DNA from: Candidatus Woesebacteria bacterium | Lineage (GTDB): Bacteria; Patescibacteriota; Microgenomatia; UBA8517 | Direction: 5' to 3' | NCBI GenBank assembly: GCA_016432365.1 | Contig: CP066686.1 | Coordinates: 691,992 to 755,991 of the forward strand | Length of the DNA: 64,000 bases | Shown: positions 45,355 through 55,742 of the stretch, one piece after another | Layout: every line of letters begins with the position of its first letter | Position numbering within the stretch: position 1 is the first letter of the stretch | Made by a program: the position numbers and the translations under genes | Notes under the pieces: generated by a model | Database searches by the model: none | What the model was told of the DNA's origin: nothing | What the model saw: the letters and a program-made list of their open reading frames with translations, nothing else

Positions 45355-48024
45355 GGATTCGATAAAATTCAGGAATTTTCTCCAAACAGAAATTGGTACT
45401 TGTGTGTCCAGTACTGTCTTTACAGGTTGAGTAACGTTTGTTTCAGCCGGGGTGGTAGGTGTAATGAGATTATTACGATTATTATTATTGTTGTTGTTAA
45501 TTTCTACGCTTTTGGTAGAACCGGAACTGTCGATTATTGCATAATAACCCCCGATTTTAGCAATTACAGAAACGGTTTTATTGACTGTGTCTACAACAGA
45601 ATTCTCTACAACCTTCCACAAAACTCCATCCTCAGAATAAGTTAACACAAAATTTCTAGGGTTTGAATTTTTTATATTTATATTGTTGTACGACAAGGAA
45701 AGTACTGACGGTAGCCGCTGCATGTCCTTGGTAATTTTGATTGCTTGGAAGCTTGAATTTGGGGGATAGGCTTTGAACCAAATATCCTGAATATATCCGA
45801 TCGGACTGTATTCCCGTCCACTGATTTTTATTTGTAACTTTTTACCAACAACGGCAATTGCCGATAGGTAGGCGTTAAAATCGAAGATGTATGGCCTAAC
45901 TACTGCTGTGACGACCTGCCCATAGGTAGATGAATCTTCAGTCGCAGATATTGCCACCATACCAAGCCCTCTGGCGGAAGAAAAGAGAAGATTGGAGGTG
46001 TTGTGTGAGCTATCGGAACAAGATCCGATTGAGTAACTTTGTTTTAAATAACTAGCTCTTGGTGTAAAAGAATGATTACTATCGTACGCCCTAATGTAAA
46101 TATCGTAACAACCATCGCCTGTCGGGATGTTTGCAATGGTGCAGGTAAACTGCTCGCTTCTTGTATTAAAGGAGTTATCATCGGCGGTACAACTACTCCA
46201 TGAGGTTGACGGGTCCTGATTGCCAATTTGATACTCTACACCTGAAATGGTTGTAATACTATTCGTGGCCACAACACTTCCCTTAACCGTATATGTTGAT
46301 CCGTTTCTGGATTGCGATGCAGAAGTAATTGTATGCGGGAAATTAAATACTAAATAAATTGAACCGGCGTTATCTCTTCCAGATGGATTGGCCCAAGTGT
46401 CTAATAATGCCATGTCGTATGAACCGTTCTCATCAAAATCAGCCTGATAGGCGCCATCTCCAAACCAAACACTTGCAAGAGGCCCGTCGTAGCGCAGGCT
46501 GAAAGGGCTTGTAAGCATATCGATTATGTTTCCCGTTCCGCTGTATGAAGCGAACAATTCATTATAAAGAACATAAACAGTACCCGAGTTTGCCCGGCCA
46601 TTTTGAGTTTCAAAATATGCACCCATAACCATATCGACTTTTCCGTTATTGTCGAGGTCATGCAAATCGGTAATACGCTGGCCTAAAAATGATGAATCGT
46701 AGGCTCCGTCAAAACGCAGATTGAATTTAGAAGTGTCGGACAAATTGATTGTGTTACCCACGCCTGAATAGTCATCTATTATCGAGTCGTAGATGACGTA
46801 GACCGCTCCGTTTCCGGAACGCGAGTTGTGATTACCAACAAATTCACCTATTACCAAATCCGGCTTGCCGTTTGAATTCAAATCTGGTGAAACGATTGAA
46901 GTGTAACCCAACAAACATGAATCACAAGTTCCATCTATTCTGAGGTTAAAATTGTTTGAATCGGTTAGATCGATCAAATTCCCTGTTCCGTTATATGAGC
47001 TTATAATCGAATCGTAAATTACAAAAACCGAACCGGCATCTGTAATTGCATTAGGGTTCGCATATCCAGCATCAATAACAATATCTTTTCTTCCATTGCC
47101 GTTTATATCAGCTATTGATATGCCGGAGTAAAGTGAGAAATAGCTACTGGCTGCTTCATAAAAACGAAGATTGTAAGTAGAAGTATCTGTCATGTCCACC
47201 GTAGTTCCGGGAGTGGAATTGTGGTCTATAAGTGAATCGTAAATAATCGTTAACTGGCCGTTTCTTGTAGTTGCGCCTGTTCCGGAATGGCCCGAACCAA
47301 CTAGAATATCCGGAACACCATTACCATTAATATCTTCAGCCATGATGAAGGACTCAGACATTTCGTGTCTGCCGGATGAACCAACATCGCCGTCATACCG
47401 GATACTAAATTTCGTAGTGTCGGCCAGGTCTACAACGTTTCCGGTACCGGAATAAATTGATATTAATTCGTTGTATATGACAAAGAAAGAACCGGAATTT
47501 GTCCTCAGATAATTTCCGTGAGGGAATGGCAACAAAAGGTCATTTTTTCCATTTGCGTCAAGATCTGCAATACTACCACCCGATGCATAGCCTAAAAATC
47601 CAAGTGTAGTAGGCCCATCAAACCTGATGTTAAAATTGCTTGTATTGTTTAAGTCGATTGTGTTTCCAGTACCCTGGAGATTTTGCAAAAGTGAATCGAA
47701 TAAAACATAACAGGCTCCATTTGCATTTCTTGATTGAGTATCGGCAAGATGGTAACAGATAACCAAGTCCGCTTTGCCGTTATTGTCTAAATCGGCAAAG
47801 GCGTTTTTAAATATGTTGGATCCAACCGCTCCGGAGGCGTCACCATTGGGGCCATCAATTCTCAAATTCCAATTGGACGAATCTGACATGTCAAATGTGT
47901 TTGAAGCTAAAGCGGTGGCTGGGAACAGAAAAAAAAGGTAACTAATTATGAAAAATGAAAATATGGAGATTTTTTTTAAACACATTTGGAAAATTAAAAA
48001 CAGACAAAGTTCCAAAGATAGCAC
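45304..48024 (-). CDS. Large secreted FG-GAP repeat (integrin-alpha-like beta-propeller) protein with Ig-like module and shared C-terminal domain
   Basis: Signal peptide. Repeated DLD.NGK.DLV..FG...-type motifs (ADLDNNGKADLVI, DLDANGKNDLLL, DLNSNGKPDLVIG, DLDNNGKVDMVMG). ISGVEYQ...SWSSCTADDNSFN module. C-terminal ~150 aa paralogous to the C-terminus of 47994-49931. Confidence 0.6.
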   Translation of the reverse strand: MLSLELCLFLIFQMCLKKISIFSFFIISYLFFLFPATALASNTFDMSDSSNWNLRIDGPNGDASGAVGSNIFKNAFADLDNNGKADLVICYHLADTQSRNANGACYVLFDSLLQNLQGTGNTIDLNNTSNFNIRFDGPTTLGFLGYASGGSIADLDANGKNDLLLPFPHGNYLRTNSGSFFVIYNELISIYSGTGNVVDLADTTKFSIRYDGDVGSSGRHEMSESFIMAEDINGNGVPDILVGSGHSGTGATTRNGQLTIIYDSLIDHNSTPGTTVDMTDTSTYNLRFYEAASSYFSLYSGISIADINGNGRKDIVIDAGYANPNAITDAGSVFVIYDSIISSYNGTGNLIDLTDSNNFNLRIDGTCDSCLLGYTSIVSPDLNSNGKPDLVIGEFVGNHNSRSGNGAVYVIYDSIIDDYSGVGNTINLSDTSKFNLRFDGAYDSSFLGQRITDLHDLDNNGKVDMVMGAYFETQNGRANSGTVYVLYNELFASYSGTGNIIDMLTSPFSLRYDGPLASVWFGDGAYQADFDENGSYDMALLDTWANPSGRDNAGSIYLVFNFPHTITSASQSRNGSTYTVKGSVVATNSITTISGVEYQIGNQDPSTSWSSCTADDNSFNTRSEQFTCTIANIPTGDGCYDIYIRAYDSNHSFTPRASYLKQSYSIGSCSDSSHNTSNLLFSSARGLGMVAISATEDSSTYGQVVTAVVRPYIFDFNAYLSAIAVVGKKLQIKISGREYSPIGYIQDIWFKAYPPNSSFQAIKITKDMQRLPSVLSLSYNNINIKNSNPRNFVLTYSEDGVLWKVVENSVVDTVNKTVSVIAKIGGYYAIIDSSGSTKSVEINNNNNNNRNNLITPTTPAETNVTQPVKTVLDTQVPISVWRKFLNFIESLFTPFGPNAGGKKTAS

Positions 48025-49931
48025 TTCTTACTTTGTGCAGGCGTTGGAGTACCTGTTGCTACGGGAGGTGGGGTTTGAAGCTGCGGATCGGTAACAGAAG
48101 GGGCGGGAGTTGTTTTACTGTTATTGGTTGACACTGTTTTGAACAGCGACCCTCCGCTCTGCGAGATTGCATAATAACCGCCAATTTTGGTAACTGCTGA
48201 AACCGTTTTGTTGACAGTATCTACTACTGAGTTTGGAAGAACGCTCCAAGTTTTGCCGTCAAGTGAACGAACCAATTTAAACTTCTTGGGATTTAGACCT
48301 GATATGGGTAAATTTGCAAATGACAGTGATAGTATGGACGGTTTGTTTTGTAATTCGGGTATAATCTTTGCCGGACTGTAGTTGTCGTTAGGTGGGTAAG
48401 ATTTGTACCAAATGTTTTGGATATATCCAACCAATCTGAATCTTGAAGCATAAAAGCTCTTCAATACCGGACCTGAAAGAACAGCCTGGGAGGATAGGAA
48501 GGCGTTGAATCTAAAGATCATCGGTTCGATTATTACCGTTACGTTTTGACCGTTTAATATACTGTCTCTGATCGGGTTAATTGCAAACCTGGACATTCTA
48601 ACTTCACTCTCAAAAGGAATTTGATAAGACTCAACAGAGGACGAAGGGCTTGGGTCAGGAGCATTTAAAGTATAAGTTAATTCAGTGTTAGTTGAGGCAC
48701 TGGCTGCATTTCCGTAATTATCTGTACAAGCTATATAGACAGTTCTTGACCCGTTCGAACCTAAGTTGGGAGAAAGACATGAATGGCTGGTAGATCCTGA
48801 TCCTGTACAAACATTCGTACTACTCATATCTGCATATGCCTGATCTGTTACTGAAACTCTACAAGTAGCGATTTCGTCAGTAGTAAAAGTAATTGTAGGA
48901 GTCGGACCATTTATAGTAGTTCCGGCAGAAGGAGAGATGCTGCTCAAGGTTGGGGGTGTTGAGTCTGATACGTAATATACTTTTCTGAAATAGGTGCCGC
49001 CATTTTCGCCGGCAAAAACCCACATTTTGTTATCAAACACGGCTGAAGAATGATTGCTTGTTGCAACCGGCAATGCGTTTGTCCCTGCCTCAGTCCAGGT
49101 AATACCATCGGTTGATGAGTAAACTTTTCGAACTGCGCTGCCGGTGGTACCACCAATTACCCACATTTTATTGTCATAAACTACTGATGTATGCTGCGCA
49201 GTTGCCACAGGTAAAGAATTTGTTCCCGCTTCGGTCCAAGTAGTACCATCTGTTGAAGAATAAACTTTTGGAGTAAAAACTGATCCAAGATTATCTGTAT
49301 AGCCACCAATTACCCACATTTTATTGTTGTATACAAGGGCTGTGTGGTTCATCGTTCCAACGGGTAAAACATTCGTCCCAGCCTCTGTCCAGGTAATACC
49401 ATCGGTTGACCAATATACTTTTCGAATCATGTTGTTGGAACTATCTCTTCCTCCAATCACCCACATTTTATTGTCGAAAACTACCGCAGATAAATTACTA
49501 GTGGCAACGGGGAATGAGTTGGTACCAACCTCTGCCCAAGTGGTACCGTCGGATGACGAATAAACTCTTCGGACCGTTGCAAACGAACCATTGACTCCAC
49601 CAATAATCCAAATTTTGCTATCATACACGACCGAAGCCCCGGAATATGAAGCAACAGGCAATGCGTTTGTCCCTGCCTCGGTCCAGGTAAAACCGTCCGA
49701 GGAGTAATATACTTTTCTGGATACCGCAAACGAAGTGTTAAAACCCCCGAATACCCACATCTTGTTATTGAATGTTGCCGCGTAAGGGGCATATAAACCG
49801 ACGGGTAATGCGTTTGTTCCGGCCTCCGTCCAAGACGAACCGTCTGCTAATGCAAAGGCAGATTTTGGAAAGCATAATATCAAGAAGATAAACGAAGATA
49901 AAAAAATTAACGTTTTGAGTACAAATTTCAT
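47994..49931 (-). CDS. Secreted Kelch-repeat beta-propeller protein with shared C-terminal domain
   Basis: Signal peptide. At least 6 repeats of SSDG(T/I)TWTEAGTN(A/S)LPVA...VVYDNKMWVIGG. The C-terminal ...GYIQNIWYKSYPPN...SVVDTVNKTVS..KIGGYYAI is shared with the 906-aa neighbour. Confidence 0.65.
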   Translation of the reverse strand: MKFVLKTLIFLSSFIFLILCFPKSAFALADGSSWTEAGTNALPVGLYAPYAATFNNKMWVFGGFNTSFAVSRKVYYSSDGFTWTEAGTNALPVASYSGASVVYDSKIWIIGGVNGSFATVRRVYSSSDGTTWAEVGTNSFPVATSNLSAVVFDNKMWVIGGRDSSNNMIRKVYWSTDGITWTEAGTNVLPVGTMNHTALVYNNKMWVIGGYTDNLGSVFTPKVYSSTDGTTWTEAGTNSLPVATAQHTSVVYDNKMWVIGGTTGSAVRKVYSSTDGITWTEAGTNALPVATSNHSSAVFDNKMWVFAGENGGTYFRKVYYVSDSTPPTLSSISPSAGTTINGPTPTITFTTDEIATCRVSVTDQAYADMSSTNVCTGSGSTSHSCLSPNLGSNGSRTVYIACTDNYGNAASASTNTELTYTLNAPDPSPSSSVESYQIPFESEVRMSRFAINPIRDSILNGQNVTVIIEPMIFRFNAFLSSQAVLSGPVLKSFYASRFRLVGYIQNIWYKSYPPNDNYSPAKIIPELQNKPSILSLSFANLPISGLNPKKFKLVRSLDGKTWSVLPNSVVDTVNKTVSAVTKIGGYYAISQSGGSLFKTVSTNNSKTTPAPSVTDPQLQTPPPVATGTPTPAQSKKCYLWNFVCF

Positions 49932-49988
49932 AGCACCATATTAAGCATATATTTAAAGTGCTTGAGTGTAAATGCCTATATGATCTGT

Positions 49989-51728
49989 CTAGTTCTTAAC
50001 CGAGTCCCAAGGACCGAACTCGTGCCCTTTATGAAGGTCCTGTAATTTTTCCTGCATTGCTTCAGTTGCATTTGTATGTAAATCGGTATTCGGAGCGGCA
50101 ACCGAACCATGACCTTCCTGTTGTGCACTTTGTGTCTCACCGTATATGTCCCACGTATTTTCGTCTTGTTTAATTTGCATTCCTTCCTCTTTAAATTTCG
50201 ATTTAGAAACTCCGCCATCTTTTTTAGTAGTTTGTTCCTCCGCTGTATAGCTCCAATTCACCCGTTTTCCGTCGGGGTATGCCCATTCCTGAAATCTTGT
50301 AACGCTTCCTTTTCCCAAAATCTGAGTTTCGGATGTATACAAAGTTCCATCCGGCAAAAGTTTTATAAAAGAAATTCCCTTTTCGTCTGCTCCAAATACA
50401 ATGGTTTTATTCGGTGCGTTTAGGCAGTCCAGACGATTACGGGCATCAATCAACCGTTCCCACTCAGTTTCGCCAAGTTCGTTATTTTTAGCCATTCTTA
50501 TAAGCTCCTCGCGTGACGGCAATTGGCCCATTATGGCCCATGCTTCGGCTTGGCGTATAGCCAGTTCACCAGGCGTAAGATCTTCATATCTTTTATCCTC
50601 ATTGGGTTTGGATTTATTTTTTTTGACAGGTTTTTTTGAAGATTCTTTAGGGTAAGCATCTTGTATTGATCTGGCCATCCACATTACATCGAACTCGTCC
50701 CCGGTTATTTCTCCACTTTGCCACATATCGTATATTTTACCCATATCGGGGAGTTCCGGACCTTTGGCAAGGGCTCTTGCTTTTTCAACTAACTCTTTAT
50801 ACCTCTTGGAGTAGTAATCAGCATATTCCTGATCAGTTTTTAGAGCCTCAAATGGTTTTCCGGACATAACGCTCCCCATTGCCATTATTTGAGCTTGAGC
50901 AGTTACAACTTGTGCTTGCTGACTCGTTGAGAGATCTTTCCATTCAATAGGACTTACGGACTTAATTTGGGACACATTTCGACTTTCGGAGGCCTGAGAT
51001 TTTTGGGTGAGTTCTTTTGTTTGGTTTCTTTTGTTGTTCGCTGAAGAAGGTTCTGATTTAGATTTATCTTGAGACGGATTGGTTGTGGTTTTTGTAGGCT
51101 GGATTTTCTTTTCTCCAATACCTTTTTCATTAAATGGAATGCCTGCCGCCTTGCCCACTTTTATTACATCTGTACCGGTAGCTTTTTTTACTTTATTTTC
51201 GTAGAATGCTGAGCTTTTGGCATGTCCGGCAACGGCGTTTTTTAACCACTGATCCCAACCTATATCCGGCGGAATGGTTATAAAAATCATCGTTTCGGGA
51301 TTTTGCTGGTGAAATTTATATATCTCGTCTTGGGTAACCAAAACCGTATGCACTGCATTTAGAGTCGGTTTGGCGTTTTCAGGTAACCAAGCCATCTTTG
51401 CTGCGATAAACTCTTCTCTTTGCTTATTCTGTTTGGTAGTGAGACTGAGCGGAAAAGGCTGACCATAGGGGTGTGTTTGATAAAATCTGGCAACTTCTAC
51501 GCGAATCTGATCTCCTTGTTTGCCCAATTCAATAAATTGCTGTCCTTTTTCTTGAAACTTTTCATGCGAGAAAGTTTCTTCCTCCATGCGATCTAAAATT
51601 TCTTGGCGTAGGTCTTCGACAGTGTGTATTTCGCGTTCCTTGCGGGGAGTTTCGGGCGCAGGCGTACGTTGCTCGGGGGGGATGTACAGACGAGGTCTCT
51701 CGTGCTCTGGTCTCATGGACGGTTTCAA
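49989..51728 (-). CDS. Hypothetical charged protein (579 aa)
   Basis: Long ORF, K/E-rich, no recognised motif. It sits between the beta-propeller genes. Confidence 0.5.
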   Translation of the reverse strand: MKPSMRPEHERPRLYIPPEQRTPAPETPRKEREIHTVEDLRQEILDRMEEETFSHEKFQEKGQQFIELGKQGDQIRVEVARFYQTHPYGQPFPLSLTTKQNKQREEFIAAKMAWLPENAKPTLNAVHTVLVTQDEIYKFHQQNPETMIFITIPPDIGWDQWLKNAVAGHAKSSAFYENKVKKATGTDVIKVGKAAGIPFNEKGIGEKKIQPTKTTTNPSQDKSKSEPSSANNKRNQTKELTQKSQASESRNVSQIKSVSPIEWKDLSTSQQAQVVTAQAQIMAMGSVMSGKPFEALKTDQEYADYYSKRYKELVEKARALAKGPELPDMGKIYDMWQSGEITGDEFDVMWMARSIQDAYPKESSKKPVKKNKSKPNEDKRYEDLTPGELAIRQAEAWAIMGQLPSREELIRMAKNNELGETEWERLIDARNRLDCLNAPNKTIVFGADEKGISFIKLLPDGTLYTSETQILGKGSVTRFQEWAYPDGKRVNWSYTAEEQTTKKDGGVSKSKFKEEGMQIKQDENTWDIYGETQSAQQEGHGSVAAPNTDLHTNATEAMQEKLQDLHKGHEFGPWDSVKN

Positions 51729-51824
51729 GAAGTATAAATCGTAATAAGTTAAGAGTCAATTTGCCAGGTCTGTCAACTAATTCGCATATTGATTAAGGCC
51801 CGTGTTGTACAATAGTATGTGTAG

Positions 51825-54761
51825 ATGGTAAGGCACTATAAAATTATTATTTTTGTTTGGTTGGTTTTGCTATTTGTATCTGGTAATCGGTCTAAAGTCT
51901 TAGCCTCAACCAACTACCTAATGTCTTCGCCTTCCAATTGGAACATTAGAATAGATGGCAAGGAGAATGACTGTATTGGCTTTGACATAATTAAAGAGGT
52001 TGACGTAAACAGTGACGGTCTAAAAGACTTAATTGTTAGCGCAGATTGTGCAGATAATAATTCTCGTACAAATTCAGGTTCGCTCTATATAATCTACAAT
52101 TCTCTCTTAAATAGTCTTAGCGGTACGGGCAACGTAATCGATTTAGCCAACTCATCTAATTGGAATATTAGAATTGACGGATCGGCTACAGACGAGGAGT
52201 TTTCGGGTTACTTCGCCGACGCTGTTGATTTAAACAATGATGGTAACAAAGATTTGGTTCTAAGTGCCTATAAAGCAGATAAAAATTCAAGACCTGGGTC
52301 CGGTTCAATTTATGTTTTATACAATTCATTGTTTGCCGGTTTAACAGGAACTGGAAACACAATCGACTTAAACACAAGCACTAATTACAACCTTAGATTC
52401 GACGGAGAAGCAACATCAGACTTGTTAGGTGATAGTCAATTCAGTGTTATTGACCTTGACCAAAACGGAAATGTTGAGCTAATTATCACTGCCCCTTGGC
52501 ATAACTACGGTGCAAGAGCAGATTCAGGTGCAGTCTATGTTTTTAAAGATACCCTCCTTGCAACATTTACCGGAACAGGCAACAACGTAGATCTGGCAAC
52601 GAGTACAAACTACAACATTAAATATGTTACCGGCGACAGCTATTTTTTAGGTCATGTTAATTTAAATGCTGCAGATCTAAACAATGATAATAAGCCCGAG
52701 TTAATATTGGGTGCTCCGCTTGCAATAAGTAATACCGGTTATCTATATATTGTTAATAATGACTTATACAATGGTTTGCTTAGCTCTACAGGGAATATCG
52801 TTGATCTTTTAACCTCAACCAATTACACAATAAGATATGACGGTGCAGCAACAGGGGCTGCTTTGGGTAACGGTAACATTGCGATTGGAGATTATAACAA
52901 TGACAGTAAAAATGACATTATTGTTGGATCAAGCTATACGGGAAATGGCGCGATTTATGTTTTGCTTAATAGTTTAATCAACACCAATTTTTCAGGTACG
53001 GGAAATATCGTGAATATGGGAACAACAACCAACTTCAATCTACGCATTGATGGTCAGGTATCTGGTGTAACGTTTCCCACTTTTGTTTCTATAAATGGCG
53101 ACTACAACGGTGACGGTAAAACCGACTTGATAACTTCAGCGGTTTCTTCTGCTTTTAACTCACTAAATTTTTCAGGTGCGGTTTACGTTGTTTACAATTC
53201 CATGACAGACACATCAACCGGAAATATTATTCCTCTATCAACCTCCAGTAATTATGCGATGAGGTACGACGGCGCTGCGGCAGTGGATGGTCTTGGATAT
53301 TCGGGAATTGGACTGATTGATTACAACAATGATGGAAGGAGAGATGTTGTAATATCTACATATCTGGCAGATAACACAAGTGTAAGATCCGGATCGTTTT
53401 GGCTAATTTACAATTTTCCTCACACAATTACTATCAACAGCGTATCTTCGTCTTTTGACCCAGACAACCCCATAACCGGAAGCGTTAATGCTTCAAATTC
53501 TTCAACAGCCATTTCGGGAGTTGAGTATCAGGTTGACACCAATTCTATTACCGGTACCTGGACTGCCTGTAATGCAGATGATGGCAGTTTTAATTCTACT
53601 TCTGAATCATTTAGTTGTAATTTACCGGTTGGCCTGGCTGATGGAAGTCACACGGTCTATGTCAGGTCTTATGATGCAAATTCCTCCTACACAAATCAAA
53701 GCAGTTATGCTTCGGTATCGTTCACTTCTGAAAATATTAATCCGGCAGACTTTTCTTTAGTGTACCCTCTGGGATATCTGAACAGTGACACAAAGCCTAC
53801 GTTAGTTTATAAGAAGTCATCTGACGCAAGCGGTATTGGTTCTTATACGGTAACGCTAGACACGGGTCGAATGAGAAGCTTTATTCAAACGGGAATTCCG
53901 GCTTCGGGCGACGGCTCCGCTTCTTATGTTTGGAGAGACAACAACGATGTCAATGTAAAATTTTTAAATGAAAACACCGCAGATTCAACTGACGATGAAA
54001 TTAAGGTCTATTTTAAAGGTCTAAACATCCAGGATTTAACGGAAGGCAAGCATTCGTGGAACGTATTAGCATATGACACTGTCGGCAACAGTAGGTCGGA
54101 GACACAAGATTTTTATATTGACAAAACAGCACCCGGTTTTGCCAACTTAGCCATTGCCAATGTCGCTTATGTTAAAGCGGGTAAAACATATAGATTAACC
54201 GGGGCCAATAAACAATTTTCGATTATGGGCAAGGCGATAGACCCTTATGTTGGCAGTCAGGTTACATATTCGAACGGTTTAACAGACACTTTTGAGAAAA
54301 CAAGTTCAGGTCCGTTTTCTTTAATCCTAGACATTAAAAAGCAATCTCTCAAATCCTATGTTCCAGTGTTAAATAAGGAATACATTATTCCTGGAGGCGA
54401 TATAGTAGACAGTATTAATATAGACAAATCAGCAAGTTTTTATATTACCATTCCAAGCCAATTGTCGCCGGGTTTTTACCGTATTTCGCTCTCACTTAAA
54501 GACGGTGCCGGAAACATATATACATTCCCTTATTTTTACATACAACTTTCTTATACTTCACCAAGGCTGACAGTAAATAGCGTTTACTATGACACAATCA
54601 ACAGGTTGCCATATCCAAGAGCACCAAGCGCGGAAGATAAAGGAACTTCGATTCCTGATAGCTTCCTAAACTATTCAGGGTCAACTGAAGTCAAAACTAG
54701 TTTCTGGAGTAATATATTTAATACTTTCAAAAAACTTTGCGGAAGGTTTAGTTTTTTTTAA
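51825..54761 (+). CDS. Large secreted FG-GAP repeat beta-propeller protein with Ig-like module
   Basis: Signal peptide. Motifs VNSDGLKDLIVSA, DLNNDGNKDLVLSAY, DLDQNGNVELIITA, DYNNDSKNDIIVGS. ISGVEYQVDTNSITGTWTACNADDGSFNSTSESFSC module paralogous to the one in 45304-48024. Confidence 0.6.
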   Translation: MVRHYKIIIFVWLVLLFVSGNRSKVLASTNYLMSSPSNWNIRIDGKENDCIGFDIIKEVDVNSDGLKDLIVSADCADNNSRTNSGSLYIIYNSLLNSLSGTGNVIDLANSSNWNIRIDGSATDEEFSGYFADAVDLNNDGNKDLVLSAYKADKNSRPGSGSIYVLYNSLFAGLTGTGNTIDLNTSTNYNLRFDGEATSDLLGDSQFSVIDLDQNGNVELIITAPWHNYGARADSGAVYVFKDTLLATFTGTGNNVDLATSTNYNIKYVTGDSYFLGHVNLNAADLNNDNKPELILGAPLAISNTGYLYIVNNDLYNGLLSSTGNIVDLLTSTNYTIRYDGAATGAALGNGNIAIGDYNNDSKNDIIVGSSYTGNGAIYVLLNSLINTNFSGTGNIVNMGTTTNFNLRIDGQVSGVTFPTFVSINGDYNGDGKTDLITSAVSSAFNSLNFSGAVYVVYNSMTDTSTGNIIPLSTSSNYAMRYDGAAAVDGLGYSGIGLIDYNNDGRRDVVISTYLADNTSVRSGSFWLIYNFPHTITINSVSSSFDPDNPITGSVNASNSSTAISGVEYQVDTNSITGTWTACNADDGSFNSTSESFSCNLPVGLADGSHTVYVRSYDANSSYTNQSSYASVSFTSENINPADFSLVYPLGYLNSDTKPTLVYKKSSDASGIGSYTVTLDTGRMRSFIQTGIPASGDGSASYVWRDNNDVNVKFLNENTADSTDDEIKVYFKGLNIQDLTEGKHSWNVLAYDTVGNSRSETQDFYIDKTAPGFANLAIANVAYVKAGKTYRLTGANKQFSIMGKAIDPYVGSQVTYSNGLTDTFEKTSSGPFSLILDIKKQSLKSYVPVLNKEYIIPGGDIVDSINIDKSASFYITIPSQLSPGFYRISLSLKDGAGNIYTFPYFYIQLSYTSPRLTVNSVYYDTINRLPYPRAPSAEDKGTSIPDSFLNYSGSTEVKTSFWSNIFNTFKKLCGRFSFF

Positions 54762-55090
54762 TTTATAGCGCCCAACCTTTTTTCTTCGTAAAGTTCCTTA
54801 AGAATTCTACAGGGTTCAACTAGGCCGGGATCAATTATGCTGTAGTAAATAAACTTGCCGACCCGCTTTCTTTTTACAAGACCAAATTTTCGAAGTGCCA
54901 TAAGGTGCTGTGAGGTGTTAGCTTTTCTTGTACCTAAGATTTTTGTAATTTCTGTTACTGTAATCTTTTTATCTAAAATTGTATTAAGTATTTCAAGGCG
55001 TTTTGCGTTAGCCAGCATTTTGTAAATTCGCGCATTTCGGGAGTAAACTTTTTTGGAGAATCTTGACTTCAACATATCTCTATTGTTCAT
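54758..55090 (-). CDS. ArsR/SmtB-family transcriptional regulator
   Basis: LANAKRLEILNTILDKKITVTEITKILGTRKANTSQHLMALRKFGLV is an ArsR wHTH. Confidence 0.8.
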   Translation of the reverse strand: MNNRDMLKSRFSKKVYSRNARIYKMLANAKRLEILNTILDKKITVTEITKILGTRKANTSQHLMALRKFGLVKRKRVGKFIYYSIIDPGLVEPCRILKELYEEKRLGAIN

Positions 55091-55181
55091 AATACTAAAA
55101 ATGTCGATATTTGCAACTATAGAAATTGAGGAGAGGTGTTCTGGCTGTTTTGGAGGGAAAATGGTAAAATTGTCCTGTTTG

Positions 55182-55256
55182 GGGCCGTTAGCTCAGCGGT
55201 AGAGCAATTCCCTCTTAAGGAAAAGGTCGATGGTTCGAATCCATCACGGCTCACCA
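55182..55256 (+). tRNA. tRNA-Lys(CTT): tRNA-Lys (anticodon CTT), CCA encoded
   Basis: GGGCCGT-TA-GCTC-AGCGGTA-GAGC-A-ATTCC-CTCTTAA-GGAAA (one A-A mismatch at 27-43)-AGGTC-GATGG-TTCGAAT-CCATC-ACGGCTC-A-CCA. Confidence 0.7.
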
Positions 55257-55372
55257 AGCTTAGCTTGGTGAACAGTCAGCTCAGCTGACTCACTGTACTA
55301 GCTGGGTAAATATAGGAGCTTAGCTCGATCACACCACTCCCCATTGGGGATAATATTCGCTATAGTGATACT

Positions 55373-55648
55373 ATGTTCTATGTTTATATTCTTTTTTCTA
55401 AAAAAGATAGACAACTATACACAGGATTTACTCCAGATTTAAAATCAAGATTTAAAGCTCACACGAATGGGTATGTAAAGGCCACGAAATACCGAAGACC
55501 GTTAAAATTGATCTATTACGAAGCTTATGTCAAGGAGCTTGATGCTCGTAGACGGGAAAAATACCTTAAAGGTGGAAATGGTCGGGATACACTAAAGGTT
55601 CAAATGAAAGAAGAATTGGAAGATTTACACTATAAAAATTTGAAATGA
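55373..55648 (+). CDS. GIY-YIG domain protein (mini, 91 aa), paralogue of 9563-9844
   Basis: MFYVYILFSKKDRQLYTGFTPDLKSRFKAH...REKYLKGGNGR. It lies 117 nt downstream of tRNA-Lys. Confidence 0.8.
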   Translation: MFYVYILFSKKDRQLYTGFTPDLKSRFKAHTNGYVKATKYRRPLKLIYYEAYVKELDARRREKYLKGGNGRDTLKVQMKEELEDLHYKNLK

Positions 55649-55742
55649 GAAAATTTATCCTCAAAAAAATGTTGTTTTTGGCCTCATTCTCGGTAGACCC
55701 GAACTTTTGGATACCCTATAAAATGACCTGTATAATATAACA

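Noticed and set aside
45480-45520. Possible CRISPR/simple repeat array
   Set aside because: It is only a short AAT/AAC triplet run encoding poly-Asn within a CDS. There is no repeat-spacer periodicity anywhere in the window.
45400-49800. Numerous short antisense ORFs inside the beta-propeller genes (e.g. 45400-45645, 46044-46226, 48187-48381, 48944-49156, 49324-49563, 49481-49792)
   Set aside because: Each lies within a long, well-supported, repeat-rich coding sequence on the opposite strand, with no independent signals.
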